Shown in pieces: positions 1-13,015 of a DNA stretch of 64,000 nucleotides; the first letter of the stretch is position 1, and every line of letters starts with the position of its first letter. A program made the translations under genes and the position numbers. The notes under the pieces are model-generated. The model was given only the letters and a program-made list of their open reading frames with translations, was not told where the DNA came from and ran no database searches. Where the stretch lies: positions 9,015,846 to 9,079,845 of the forward strand of contig CM082577.2 in the NCBI GenBank assembly GCA_040954595.2, in the 5' to 3' direction. The DNA comes from Balanoglossus misakiensis. Its lineage: Eukaryota > Animalia > Hemichordata.

Positions 1-485
1 AAAATACTGTAAGTGGACTGGAAGAACTTCTAAAAGAGAGTACTCATACGGTGGTGGCCATATTCGCTTGCGGCAAAGCTTTATTATTTATCTGGTTAAA
101 ACTTGCATATGCACTCATATTTAGGGTTTATAATGCTTCTGTATAGTTCACTGCCTATATCTGCATGGGTAATGGTAGTACAGTTTGAAAAAAAATATGA
201 TAATAATCCCAAAAGTTGCAGCTTATGTGCCTTTAACATGTAATTGTTCAAAATTTTCTAATCCAAGCAATTGGTGGGGTATTTTGGTGATAATGACTGA
301 TTATCATCTGCATTTTTTTTCAATATTCCACACTTGGCTTACTTATTTAGAAGATTTTCCTATAAGGTCAAGCAAACCAGAATCTCTCTTTAGAGGTTCC
401 ATTTTATCTCATAAAATGGTGAACTTGGGACCAAAACCACGATGGTTGAAAGCACTGAGGAATGGGGTATGATTTGTACCAACAG

Positions 486-1465
486 GTGTTTGCGTCATGT
501 TCAGTTGACAAGACTGTCCGTATCTGGGACTGCCGAGCCGCACCTCACAAAGCATGCATGCTGACAACCACAGCTCACGACAGCGACGTCAACGTGATCA
601 GCTGGAATAGGAACGAACCATTTATTGTCTCTGGTGGGGATGACGGAATGCTTAAAGTGTGGGATCTCAGGCAGTTTAAGGTGAGAACCGCACAAACAGC
701 TTGTCCCAGCAGTTGTAGATGTTCCTAATTACGGTGACTGCAAAGTGATGACTTTTGCTGATCAAAGTGTTTGGTAAAACAGCAGTCTCAATGAAAAGAC
801 CAACCAAAGTACCGAAGTTCGTGTTCAGATGAGTAGACAATCTGGTAATATTTTGACTTTCACAGCTTGTCCAGCTCAGTCATTGTTGGTGGTATATGTA
901 CTTTGATCATTTCTGTATATGAATTGTCTCCATTTCTGTACAGTCAAACCTCTCTATAGTGGCTAGTCAAGGGACTTTCCTGAACTGGCCTTTATAGAGA
1001 GCTGACCGTTATATAGAGGTTAATTAACCCACATGTGAATTGCACAGGGACTGTAACAAAGTGGCCACTATATAGAGGTGACCGCTATGTAGGGGTAGCC
1101 ACTAACAGGGGTTTGACGACTGTACATGGATTTTCTCTCCACAGAAGGGCGAATCGGTTGCCAAGTTCAAGCACCACACGGCGCCAGTCACGTCGGTGGA
1201 ATGGAACCACAAGGACAGTACGGTGTTCGCGGCGGCCGGAGCCGACAACCAAATCACACTGTGGGACTTGGCCTTGGAGAAGGACGACGAGAGCAACCCG
1301 TCCGACGAGGCGCAGTCGTCGACGGTGGACGTGCCGCCGCAACTGTTGTTCATCCACCAGGGACAGACAGACATTAAGGAGGTCCACTGGCATTCGCAAA
1401 TACCCGGACTGATCATCAGCACGGCGCACGACGGATTCAACATCTTCAGAACTATCAGTGTCTAA
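486..1465 (+). CDS. GRWD1: Glutamate-rich WD repeat-containing protein 1 (ribosome biogenesis, Rrb1-like), last two coding exons; 5' part lies outside the window
   Basis: Exons 486-680 ([17 protein letters not shown]...[34 protein letters not shown]) and 1145-1465 ([20 protein letters not shown]...[14 protein letters not shown]...[44 protein letters not shown]), with AG/GT boundaries. The C-terminus matches the GRWD1/Rrb1 signature. Confidence 0.95.
939..1124. mobile_element. MITE family A copy 1 (TA-flanked, CAGTCAAACC termini; Tc1/mariner-type)
   Basis: TA-CAGTCAAACC...GGTTTGAC(gac)TG-TA. Related copies lie at 33468-33607 and, inverted, at 56099-56264, sharing internal GTGGCC/TATAG/CAAGGGACTT motifs. 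Confidence 0.7.
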
Positions 1466-3475
1466 ATGGCAACATTGTTTTTTCTTCACGTGATAGAATC
1501 TACCTGTACTGCCACATGCCGTCACAGACTGCAGATTTTAATCCTTTCGTCTAAATTTCCAAAAAAACTGAAGTGAAAAGTTTTCAGTTGCAAGAAAAGA
1601 GAAATGATAACAAAATGACATAATACACTCAACAAAATGTCAAGACAGAATAATTTAGCATTGCTGAAGAAAATATACTCATAAGTATATAGACTTGACA
1701 GTTTCATCCTCTTGTCTGAATATTGGACACTGAAGATTTGAGAGCTCTCTATACACAGCAAATTATTTTCTTTATTATGAAAAATATACTGGGCAAGCAG
1801 GTGAAATAATTATGTGAAATGCCTGATAACACTTGGCTAAACGTAACATGAAATGATGACAGAATTCAATTAAATGGCTAATTTTCTACACTATTCCTCA
1901 CCAGGCATTTCTTACAACAACCACGATTCACAAAGCACTGCAGTAGATATTTTTTTTAAAGCACTAGCCTTTTTTAAATTTTTACAGAAACTGTCTGTAC
2001 CAGTACATTGTATGTGTGTTCACATTGTTAGAACAAGTGTCACCATCACTGTTTGTAGATCGTTGAGTTCAAGAATGCCAGTCACAGTGCTCGCAAAACT
2101 ACTATCCCCACACCTCACCTTATCTTTAAATTTTTTATGACAGTTCCCATGATGTAGCCTATTGAGCGACTACAGTGCAAAATACACTGGAGTAAAATTT
2201 TAGTTATGAATCCACTTTCCACAATAAATTTAAACACCATATCAGAATATTTCTTTTGTCTGTGATATCTTTTTTTAACAAAGTAATGTATTGAAAGGAT
2301 GAGAAATATGGTCATTGATGTTATGTAGTAATGTCAACATCAAGAAGTTGAGAAACATAAATGTATGGGGAATGCTGTAACAAATTGTGATCATTCAGAG
2401 AATGATTCTATCCAACAGATATACCATGCATTCGCCAAATTCTCCTCCCTAGTACAACTTCATTTACTGCATGAAATACAGTAATACTGTCCGTTTCTTT
2501 GAGTCTTTACTGCATCACGAACACATCCCTCTGGGAATGCAAGTTTCATGCCGTATTCCAGTTTGCAGTAAAAACAAATGCAATGTTTAAGCAGCTGTGT
2601 TGGTCTGTAGAGGGCGCTAATCGGGAAAGCCAATCGTAGCACTGGGCGAGCTCTGAAAGTTTGCCACCATCTTCACCCACCTGTGAAAAAGATTCAACAT
2701 GAGTTTTACTTAGTGTCATATCAGAAATGGGTCAATACTAGTAAAAATTTTGAAAGTACAACGTGCATATTTAAATGTACTTTGCATATCTTTACATAAA
2801 ATGTGAAAATTGACAGAACCATACTAAAAAATTCAAAGAGTTACCTACTGCACTGTTGTCTGTTAATGAGAGAACACACACAGGCTCCATGGTAATAATT
2901 TAGATGTAGAAATTAATCATTGCTTAGTTTGTATCAAATTTTCAGTAATGTTAAGAAACACATCAGATAGGGAAAACACTGGCACACAGAATGAAATAAA
3001 ATAATGTAAATCCGATTGTGTTTTTGTGGTAGAAGACTTGCACCACTGCCTAAATGTGTCGAATGAATACCCCGAAAAAATGTGAACAGAAAAATAGTAA
3101 AAGGTTAAATAGTTTATGTACTTATTTTTAAATGAGTATAAACATGCTTAAAATTGGTATTTATGCTTATGAATTTCTAAGCAGATTATAGACGATATAA
3201 AGACGATGAACTCTGGACCCTTGTGCCAAGCTTTTAGGCCAGCAGGCTGATGACTTGAATGCTAGTTTTTATTAATATAAACAGGTGTATTTAAGATGAA
3301 ATTTGCATATCTAATTTTGCCCATGGTTGATTAATTAAGCTTGTGCGTATTTTTGCTAAACCCTAAATCAAAGCTTTGCTCATGATAGTCAGGGTTGAGG
3401 CACAGCGAAAATGCAAATGGAAAGCAGGGTGGAAAATCGGCAAGCTTAGGGAGCACCTTCCTCGCCGGAGCGTTG

Positions 3476-6400
3476 TCATGGCGAGGAAGTGCCAATCCCA
3501 CTGTACTCAGGGCCAGTTTCCCCGTGGACCGTCTCGTTGCCATCAAGGACGGCCATTATTCGTTTTTTGCACCGACAGAAATGGAAGAACCAACAGACTT
3601 GTTCGCATGGAGCCTGTGTTGTTCGGGGTTCCTCCAACTCAGTGGGGGGCGGGTCCTGTTTGGGTCGGTGTATGTTGCCAAATTCCATCACGAAGTCGTC
3701 TTCCCCGCTCGGATATGCCGAGTCCCAACTTCCACTCGACGGATCAAGATTGCTTGAAGATTCCTGTGATTCGGCTTATAAAAAAATAGAATGGTTGGTT
3801 TATGTTAACGATCGAGTTATGCTGTGTGTCAGTAACCAAACCACAAGTATTTTCAGATATTTTTTTTCTGCATCATCATCTAATCATGCAATGGTGTGCT
3901 TGACAACCAAGGATGGAACCAACATCAAAATGGTGTAATTTTGCCCACCTACAGGAACCCCTGGTGTCACCATTCCATTAAGATTCATATGTAACTTGTA
4001 AGTCTCTTTGGCCTCCAGGTTAGAATGAAGTGGGTCGATCAAAAGGGCGATCAAGAATGAAGATAAAATAACGGCCTCCTCACCTATGAAATAAGAAGCT
4101 TGAAAGCCCCGGCGCACAATACTGAGGTCGCTGTGGAACTTGATCCACATGGCCCCAGCTCGCGACAGAACACGTTTTGGCATTTCCTCCCCGCAGTAGA
4201 TGTCGTCGAGCGGGGAGTTGCTGTTGGAACCGAGTCGAACTTCCACGTAGTCAAACGAGCATTTCTCTTTGTACTCGACATCGAAGTGTTGAAATCGGAG
4301 TATGATCACATGTCCCGGGGGAGCGGTTATAATCCAGATGCACTCGTGGTTCTTGGGATAGTTGTAAGGGAAGTAGGGAGATTTGATGACGCCCCGGCTG
4401 CTCGTCAAGTTTTGACTGCATTCAGGTTCTGCACTTCGTGAAAAGAGACAAGATGGAAACAGACAAAAGCGTGGTGGTTAAACATCCTGCAGCGCGCCTA
4501 ACAATATTTACAATGTAGTATTGAAGTTTCCCCCAAAAAGGTCACTTTGGATACATACATTTTGACATCACATTGAAATCCAGGAGTTTAAACAAAATAA
4601 CACTAAACATTTCAGTGACATTAAAAACCAAAAAATTCATTTTTGAATCTACATTTTCTGATTCAGTATAGACAGGTGAATGGAAACTTACTTGGACACT
4701 GGTAGAGTTCTCTGGCTTGAATCACATCCCCTTGACTGAGACCCTCTCGCTGTCCAATCTCAACATCATGCATCAGTGGTTCAATTGTATCCTAGAAAAA
4801 GACTTGCATATTAAAATGCCTGTTGGTTTACAAAATTGGTGTGCCTAGAAATATACTCTGGAATAACCACTGTTCAGAGATCTAACATTACCGCTTTACC
4901 ATAGAAAACAATAACGGATGTAGAAAACCAAACCAGTAATGGGCTAACCCTTCCACCCCCAGTTCCCTGTTTACAGGTCTCACCTTACCATAGAAAACAA
5001 TGGGTTACGGACTGGACCATTGTGGTTAAAGGGTAGTAGCTGTTGCCTTACTTTTCCATTCTTTGTAAAAGTTCTTCTTGGGTAGTGCATGATTGACTGA
5101 TAGTCATATGCCTGACCGAAGGAATTGATCTCCAGCTGAGATTTCTTGACAAAATGATCCAGTCTGTCCGTCTGGATGTTCTCCCCGAGTATCTGTACAA
5201 ATTTATCTCTGTCTGGTCTGTCATGAAAATAGAAAATAGAAAAGTGTGGGTAAAATCCATGTAGGGCTGTGAAGGTTTATGAAAAGCAAGTAGTCGTTTT
5301 GTAAGTAGAGCATTTTAAAATTCTAACAACACTGTCCTGTTTTTTAATTACATGTACCAAAAGAAAATACATGTAAGTGGTGTTTATGCCAAGTTTATAA
5401 TAGACGAAAAAGCATCACAGGAAAGTTGAAAGGCAGAACCATACAATATGAATTTCACATAATTATAGCCAAAAATAGAAATAAAAAAATAAGTCCAGCC
5501 CACCTGCTGTGTTCATGCCAAAAGCCAATCACGTGACCAATCTCATGAACTATGATCCCAAACTCTGTGCAATATACACTGAGAGACACTTGTTGTCGAC
5601 CGTCTCCACGGCGACCAACAAATGAGCAACAACTACGGGTGGAAGAGTAGAATTAAGTGTCCATTAATTTGGCAGACACGTAGTCTGAAGCTCCAGCCAA
5701 TTTTCCATCCACAAAGTACAAGCTGCATTCTCATCATTTCTGAGCATTTCTGAGAGTATACACTTTACTTTAATAGATACATGCATACATGTGTGAATTC
5801 AGGAGTACTACATTTTATGGACAAAGAGTTCTTTGTGCCAAACCAATTAAATGAAGCCATCTATATGATTATTGCCTTCCCACTGCAATACATGTACCTT
5901 TTCAATCCTATCATCTCTTTATTTATTCCACGATATCGTCACTTACCCACACTTTCCCCTGGCAAATTCCACATAATCTTCCTCTGTGGTCCTTGGAATG
6001 AATCGGATACAAGTGTGCTCCTCCCAGTGTTCAATTGCTTTGTGAATGACTTCCCAAGCATAACCTGGGCAGTAGTTTTAGCAAAAAAAAAAGCATGAAA
6101 TTTATTTCCAAATCAAACAGTTACCGTGGAAACGATGAAAACTCTATGAATATGGGATTATTTTTTTTCTGTCCGCTTCACATAGATTTTTGTGCTGAAG
6201 ATTCAAAGTTGTCCAGTTATAGAAGAACAGCACGAAAAAAAAATCACTGAAAGTGTAGCATAGTGGGAAAAAAGAAAGAAAGTCAACAGTGATCGAGAGA
6301 CATGTGGATGATCATTTTTTAAAAGAAACACAATGATTACACAATATATTAGATCACCTCCCAGTTTCATTGTATAATTGTTATCACATCACAAACCACT

Positions 6401-6778
6401 TACTGTCAAGCTGTTTGCTTATTTTAAAAGGAATAATCCCATTAGGCCACTTCCTGTCATTTATACTTGTTACAGCTCTCTTCCTCCTCGGCAAATATCC
6501 GGAAACTTTTCTGAGAAAGTACTCATTGACAGGCAAGACAATATCACCTTCGACTATTACACTGCCTATAATGAGAAAAATGACAGCGACAAATGATAAA
6601 GTACGTTTTTTAAAGCTTATATGAATGAATGAATGAATGAATGAATGAATGAATGAATGAATGAATGAATGAATGAATGAATGGAGGATGAATGAATGAA
6701 TGAATGAATGAATGAATGAATGAATGAATGAATGAATGGTGATGCTGATCATTGATGATGATGATGATGATGATGATA

Positions 6779-6818
<40 letters not shown>

Positions 6819-7019
6819 AAAACGACGAATAGCACTGTCAATCGCCATAGACTGTACTACATAGGATGAACTGCTATTATTGTGAGGGGACGGACGTGAC
6901 AAATCAGCCACCTTACCGTCATCACTGCACGGATCCAGATCACCAGTGTCCTTGTCTGGTCGCTCGTTCGCAAGTGTCGTCAACAACAACGTAAGAAGTG
7001 TTAAAATACCAAACAGCAT
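3476..7019 (-). CDS. Secreted BMP1/tolloid-like astacin zinc metalloprotease with a single CUB domain and a unique C-terminal tail
   Basis: Exons 6917-7019 (gccgccATG, signal peptide), 6404-6565 (EGDIVL propeptide, RRKR/AVT furin site, WPNGIIPF), 5947-6064 ([10 protein letters not shown]), 5504-5632 ([10 protein letters not shown]; [15 protein letters not shown] zinc motif), 5052-5217 (PDRD; YDYQSIMHY Met-turn), 4692-4791 ([15 protein letters not shown]), 4084-4428 (CUB) and probable terminal exon 3476-3774. All phases are compatible; the terminal exon is less certain. Confidence 0.9.
4945..5035. mobile_element. MITE family C copy (~90 bp, TTAA-CCCTTTCACC termini; piggyBac-like), degenerate
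   Basis: TAACCCTTCCACCCCCAGTT...CTTACCATAGAAAACAATGG...GGTTAAAGGGTA; inverted homologue of 21184-21278. Confidence 0.6.
6621..6816. repeat. Compound microsatellite, (GAAT)n followed by (GAT)n, in astacin intron 1
   Basis: (ATGA)n at about 6621-6738 and (GAT)n at about 6753-6816. Confidence 0.97.
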
Positions 7020-8603
7020 GGCGGCAATGGAAAAAACAAATTCATGTGTATGTTACATAAACAAAAGTCAGCTCTTTAACCGCTTGGGACGACTAAAAGA
7101 AGACCTTTCTAGCCTGCCCGATAAGCGCAAAACAAACTTTTGGACTTTGCGACTTCAGCAAAAACAAAAGAACGTCGGCTTTGTTTGTTCGTTGTTTCTT
7201 TACTTATCACTTAAATATTTGGTGTTTCAAGTATCTGAAAATGAATTTGAAATATATAATGTCATGTGCAGGCATATTTAAAGGTTGGAGCATGTACCCA
7301 TCACTGAAGTTTGCCTAGAGCATGCAGTAAACTTTTTATTTATTTTTTGTATTTTTGTGAAAGACTAAAACAAGATTTAATACTAGGAACATAGCCTATT
7401 GACAAGGTCACTTAAGGACACCACCAATGCATTGCAAAAAAATGATATTAGCATAGCACTTTAATGAGGCCAGGACAAGGCTTACACAAAGACAGGAAAC
7501 AGAGGACAAGAATGACGTGCAAGATAAGAGATATCATTGTATACAACCATGTTTATTGTGTAGCCAGTCAAGGTTTTTTTTCTCAGATGTTCATGGTGTG
7601 GGGAGAAGGGGGGGAGGTAAATGTCACAGTATCCCCTTAATGCTCAAGCAATCTCGTTCAGGCTACAACATTTCACCATACTTCCCAAGGTCACTTGCAA
7701 ATGGTGTTATACACTTGATAGATCAGGACAAGCCCACTTAAAGCTTGGCGTACGATTTGTGGTTTTTGTGTGTGTATTTTATATCACTTTAATGTAACTT
7801 TTCTTATCATTCGCTACTGAAATTTGCATTGGCTAGATAGTTACTTTAAGGCGATCACACCAATCTGAACACACGCCCACTCCAATCATGCATAGGCCTT
7901 GTATTTTATTTCATTCTGACATAATTACAGCCCATAGACCTGGGGCAAGTCTATAGGACCTGACCTATTTTAGTCCAGAGTATTGCCCACTCACTCCCCA
8001 CACAGACAGGCTCTGGGGAATTCACGTGTTTAGAATTATCATCTTGTAGTTTTTTATTTTGATAAAATAAGTTTATTGTTACTAGGTAAGAGGCTGAAGG
8101 ATTTTCTTTATGTACATTTTTATTTATTGCACTTTCAATGCATATTTACAATCGACAGAATAGAGAGATGTCTCAAAATACAAGCTGAGGTATATTTTCA
8201 CCTTTCAGTAAACCTATAACAGTGCTCTATCAAAGTACATGTACCAAGACAACAGAATAAAATCATGTAGACATCCATCTCTAGAACTGGTATAAAATCA
8301 TTCACATCCACTGTGGCAGTTCAGCTTTAAAGGGACAAAGTACTAACTTTGAACATTATTTTGGTCCTTTGTGTTATCGTACTCATTGAAGCATGGCTGG
8401 ATTCTCCACATACAGGATCCCGCATGAAGATATTAACACAAAAGCAAACTTCACTGACATCGAAGAACTCTCCCGGTATGTCCACACATCGCACAGACTA
8501 TTTCTGAGTATTTTGGCATCTTGCTGTAGAAACACCAATAATGTTCCCGGCTACCATTCTCTCTCTCTAAAGAAGCCCCTTTTTTTCTGAAACTCAAACA
8601 CGA

Positions 8604-11600
8604 TCACCATTTCAGATTCAAGGCGGATGTGTTTTTCTCCACTGCATGGTACTGTGTGTGCAATACTGTCCTTGTTTTATCGCTGTCTTCTCCTCCCAAC
8701 CACTCTGTGTAGAGTTTTGCCACCGATGGATTGTCCTCTGCGTCCCTGAACTGCAAGGAGTGATAGAGCTCCTCAACTCTCTGCAAAAGATCCTTGGCGT
8801 TCTCTCCAGCTTCTGCCTTGATCTGACCTCCCCCATTTAAGCAGCCTGCAGACAAGATTGACAAAACTCAAGCTTGAATAAAAAAATTAAAATGTCCATT
8901 TGAATTTAATATAAACTATTGGCCTAATTATTGAGCATTGTTTATACTTAATTTAATCTCCATATCATTAATCCCAAAATTTATATCATTAAAAATATAC
9001 TGATACAGTGACATGTGTTTTCCAATTAATTGTGATGGCGCCCTCTATAGGTAGATTGTTTTTAGTATTTAACTTTCGTTTCCATTGGCTTCTCCATTGC
9101 AGATAATATCTTCACAAGCACCGCACACGTATGTGTACATACCTGAAGGACAGGCCATGACTTCCACAAAGTGATACGGACTTCTCCCCCGCTTGACTTT
9201 CTGGACGAGGTTCTGTATATTTCTGAATCCGTTCGCAATTGCAAACTTTAGCTCTACTTTGCCGTCCACCTCTAGAGTCACTTCTTTGAAATCTTTGTTC
9301 CTGTATTTGAAGAAAATGACAGAATAATTGACACTTTTTTGCTTGTCGTGCTTTACTCCATGATTTCACATTCTCGATTGTGACTCAAAACATTTCAGAG
9401 TGGTCCACTCTTCACATTCGGGTATAGCCACACACTTTAGAGAGGTCCCAACCCTTCCTCCCCGTTTCCCTCTAGAGCGGCCCGGCACTACAATTAACAA
9501 CAATGGAGATGGACCAAACCACGATGGGGGGGGGGGGGGGGGGGGGGGGAAGGGGTCAAATTCAATATTCTCACCTCAGTGTCTTGTATTGTATATCTTC
9601 CACCTGTTGACCATAGAGTTCCTTGGCTGCATATTTCAGAATATACTCCAGATAGCCACCTGATCCACTGCCACTATGGTTAACTAGTTCATGTCCCGAT
9701 ATGCTGGTAAATCTATAAGCCAGGATATTAAAACATACAGTATCATAGTTCAATTTGGATCCGAGAAATTTTTTCTCTCCATTTTTCAGAGCTTGCAATA
9801 AATTCACGTCAATTACATTATAGCCGTCAACTTAAGTCTCTATTTTCTCATTTTGAGGATAAAATTTTTTCTCCTAGAATGGCAAGTAGCTTTGTTTGAA
9901 CATACATGCATACACAAAAAGTTTACACCACTTACACTGAATCTAGATCATGTGATTCAACGTTGGCCAATGACACGCCTTCTTTCTGCAGCATGATATC
10001 AACCTCACCTGCTCAGAAAGATGGAACAAAGAGGAAAGCTGAAATACTGGATAACAGTTGAGTAAACATACAGCACTACCAGCAGTAGAGGAGCACTCAG
10101 CCAAGCAGACTACAGTGAAAAGGTACTGTAAAACACCGTATTTTCGCGAGTTGAAATTTTCGCGATATCGAGAAATGCCACTGTTTCGCGAGTATTAATT
10201 TTCACGTTCTCTTATTAAATTCACTGCATCGTTATCTTCGAAAAAAATTTACGCGACTTTTTATTTTCACGCTATTTTGGCTCTCGCGTATTTCGCGAAA
10301 AATTTATTGCTCGCGAAAATAAAGTGTTTTACAGTATCTAAACTGAACTGATGGTAAACCAAAAACCTCATGTGCTGATAAATGTATTTGGCTACCAGAC
10401 CCTTCTGCATCATATTAGCAACAAATAACACACTCAAGTCAGCCAATTTAAAACATAACTGCAAACTTGCCTGCTGTTATAACACAGTCCACATCTCTGG
10501 TCCTGTAAACATCACTGTAAAAATCCTGGCGCGAAGCTTCAAGTTTCTTATCGAAGCAAGGCATGACAGTCACATGGTAAACCTGATCAGCTGTCTTGTT
10601 ATTCTGCGCGGCGAAGAAATCCTTGACCAAGGATCCCATTATCTGCTGCGGTGACTTGGTGGAACTGATGTAGGGTAGTATGTAGTTCCCATGTGTCTTC
10701 TCTGCGTAACATATCCACCCTGCCAGGTACGGTAGTAAAGAGAATGTCAGTACGTGGTTGGATCATGCATCGTGTGAAAAAAATAATTCACTAGATATCA
10801 AATCCACAAGAGGGATTTTCTGGTGTGGGAACACCGACTTTAAAGGTATACGGTCACCTATGTGCAAATTTAGCTACAGTTACCATGGCAAATCGGAATC
10901 TACCAAATCATAGATTTTCAGTGCATGGCACACGCGAAAAAAAAAAGAGCGCCACCATATGTTCTTTCGAACACTCAAATACGCCATTTCTGTCATATAT
11001 GGGCGTATGTAAATTGGAGGTGACTGTATACATTTAACACCAAATAATAACTGAAGAATGCCCCTCAGAGCTGTTATGATTATGAAGCACTGATATATAG
11101 CTGCCCCTGCTGGCAGATCTGAGCCAGGATCTGTGAAATGTGAATGTTCACTCACCTGGACATGCAGAAGCAAGCATTGGCAGGCTGCCCTTTTCTTTGC
11201 CGTTCTTGTATCTCCTGAGAAATTCCCTGCCACTTTCCATCAAGCTAAAATCTCTTGTAAATGTCGTGTCAAACACATAGTGTACACCTACAGGTACAAA
11301 ACAAAGCAGACAAGCACTCTTTAACCCTTGTCCAGGGGTCAATTTCTGAATGATGTCATGGGTCACCAGGGGTCAAGGTTCACAGTGTTAGATTAATGAA
11401 ACAATTCATCACAGCAAGCCATGTGGCAGTAGGAAAATTATGATATCAAAATGGTTAAAATGATTCACTGACACTAGTGTTCAAATTACTAACTCAGTCC
11501 TGTCTGTAAGAAAGACTATCGTCTGAAAAGAATTTCTTACCAAGTTTCTTGAGGAACCCTGTCAGTTTTTCCGCCGTGTCTTGGATTGATAACTTGTATT

Positions 11601-13015
11601 TTGCAGCTAACGATGCCCTCGCCTGAGGTGACACTGAGACAATAATCAGTCTCTGCTTTTCCGGACTTCCACTCTGCAAATACAGCAAAGTCATTCAGAA
11701 TCCATCTTCTGATATCTTAAGAATCTGCAAATCCTAGGCTCTTGGAGACATACCAGGGAGAGCAAAGGGGTGATCAAGGAGTGAAACAGATACATTCAAA
11801 AGAACGTATCAGAATGCAAAGTTACATGGTTTTCATGTGGACTTGGCTGGTGTTGACAAGTTCACAGGAGTCCAACCACATCTGAGAGGGGCACAGTTTT
11901 AAGGACAGTAATTAATGATGAGATGCAGTTTTAGTGCAATTTTTTGGTGATTTTTACTTTTTTTCAATATTTCAAACCATTAGAATTTGTATTATTTTTT
12001 TATTAAAACAATTTTAATTTCTCGGTGACTTGTACACAAACATGATATGGTATACCTGAGACATAGCTGTGTTTTCTTGTAAAACTTTATACAGCTCTTC
12101 TTGACTTTGCTGAGTTATGAGAACGCTTTCTGCAGACGTGATGCATCCACTGCAGGCAAGGCAGTCGTCCAATGTTATCTTGGCTTTTTCAAGTTTAGTG
12201 GAGCTTCCATCCTAAGTAAGATAACACGTGGGCATCATATATACTCAAATAGCAACTGCCCCCATACAAGACATTTAAATTCACAACATTTTAAATATTA
12301 CAGCACTGGAAACAAGCAGTATCCCCTGAGAGTCAAACTAGATACATGCACCTGTTTCAGCATGATAGTTAATTTCAAAATTAACAGATTTGCTTTCCAC
12401 TATGGTAAAACGTGCAGTTACCATGGTGTCATGTGTTTCTCAATCACTCGGACTTCACTATTGTGTGTCTGTCCAGCTCATACAATGTTACGTATCTACT
12501 CTCAAAAAATCGGTTATAAAATTGCATTCCACTTGAACCATTGTAGCTGATCACCCATAACTGATTCAAACACAAATCTGTTTTCAATTAAAAAAAAAAA
12601 ACTGTAATGACTCACCTCAGAGACGTGAAAATAACTGCCATCATCTTCTATCTTGATTTTTCCCAGACCACCTGTTTTCTTTTCAACTTTGACTGGCTTT
12701 ATACACTCCTAAAAGAAAGAAATACACAAACACAAGAAAAAAACTCAAGTATTTTAAAGGGACAAAGTCTCTCTCTCGCTGCCCAATAGCCAACACACAG
12801 CCCTGCCACACTCTGAACGTACTGCAGCTAAGTTGTAAAATTAATTTGGTCATAAAATGCACAAATAAGTGAGTAATTGCATTAAACTTGATGGGCGTGT
12901 TCTTTAGGTGTATAAGCTTGTTGACTAACGATGTGGAGTTGTTCTTTACCTGTGAAGGGGTGATAAAATCGTCTAAATCGGTGAGTTGAAGCGCACCGCT
13001 GAAGTGCGACGCCAT
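8604..13015 (-). CDS. CIAO3: Cytosolic iron-sulfur assembly component 3 (NARFL/IOP1/Nar1; [FeFe]-hydrogenase-like)
   Basis: Ten exons: 12950-13015 ([22 protein letters not shown]), 12616-12708 (ECIKPV), 12056-12211 ([20 protein letters not shown]), 11541-11673, 11156-11287 ([10 protein letters not shown]), 10471-10719 ([22 protein letters not shown]; GC donor), 9936-10008, 9575-9712, 9143-9300 ([18 protein letters not shown]) and 8604-8845 ([19 protein letters not shown]). Confidence 0.97.
10124..10336. mobile_element. MITE family B copy 1 (TA-CTGTAAAAC termini, TTTCGCG-rich)
   Basis: Perfect terminal inverted repeat TACTGTAAAAC...GTTTTACAGTA with repeated TTTTCGCG motifs; homologous copy at 35380-35582. 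Confidence 0.8.

Noticed and set aside
3376-3938. Overlapping plus-strand ORFs of 120-149 aa
   Set aside because: They have no recognisable motifs and are antisense to the probable astacin last exon.
6384-7019. 211-aa ORF with poly-Ser and HSFI repeats
   Set aside because: It is read-through of astacin intron 1 microsatellites. Canonical splice sites at 6917 and 6565 remove the repeat.
8604-13015. Hydrogenase-like gene as a possible horizontal transfer
   Set aside because: It is the standard eukaryotic CIAO3/Nar1 gene, with nine spliceosomal introns.
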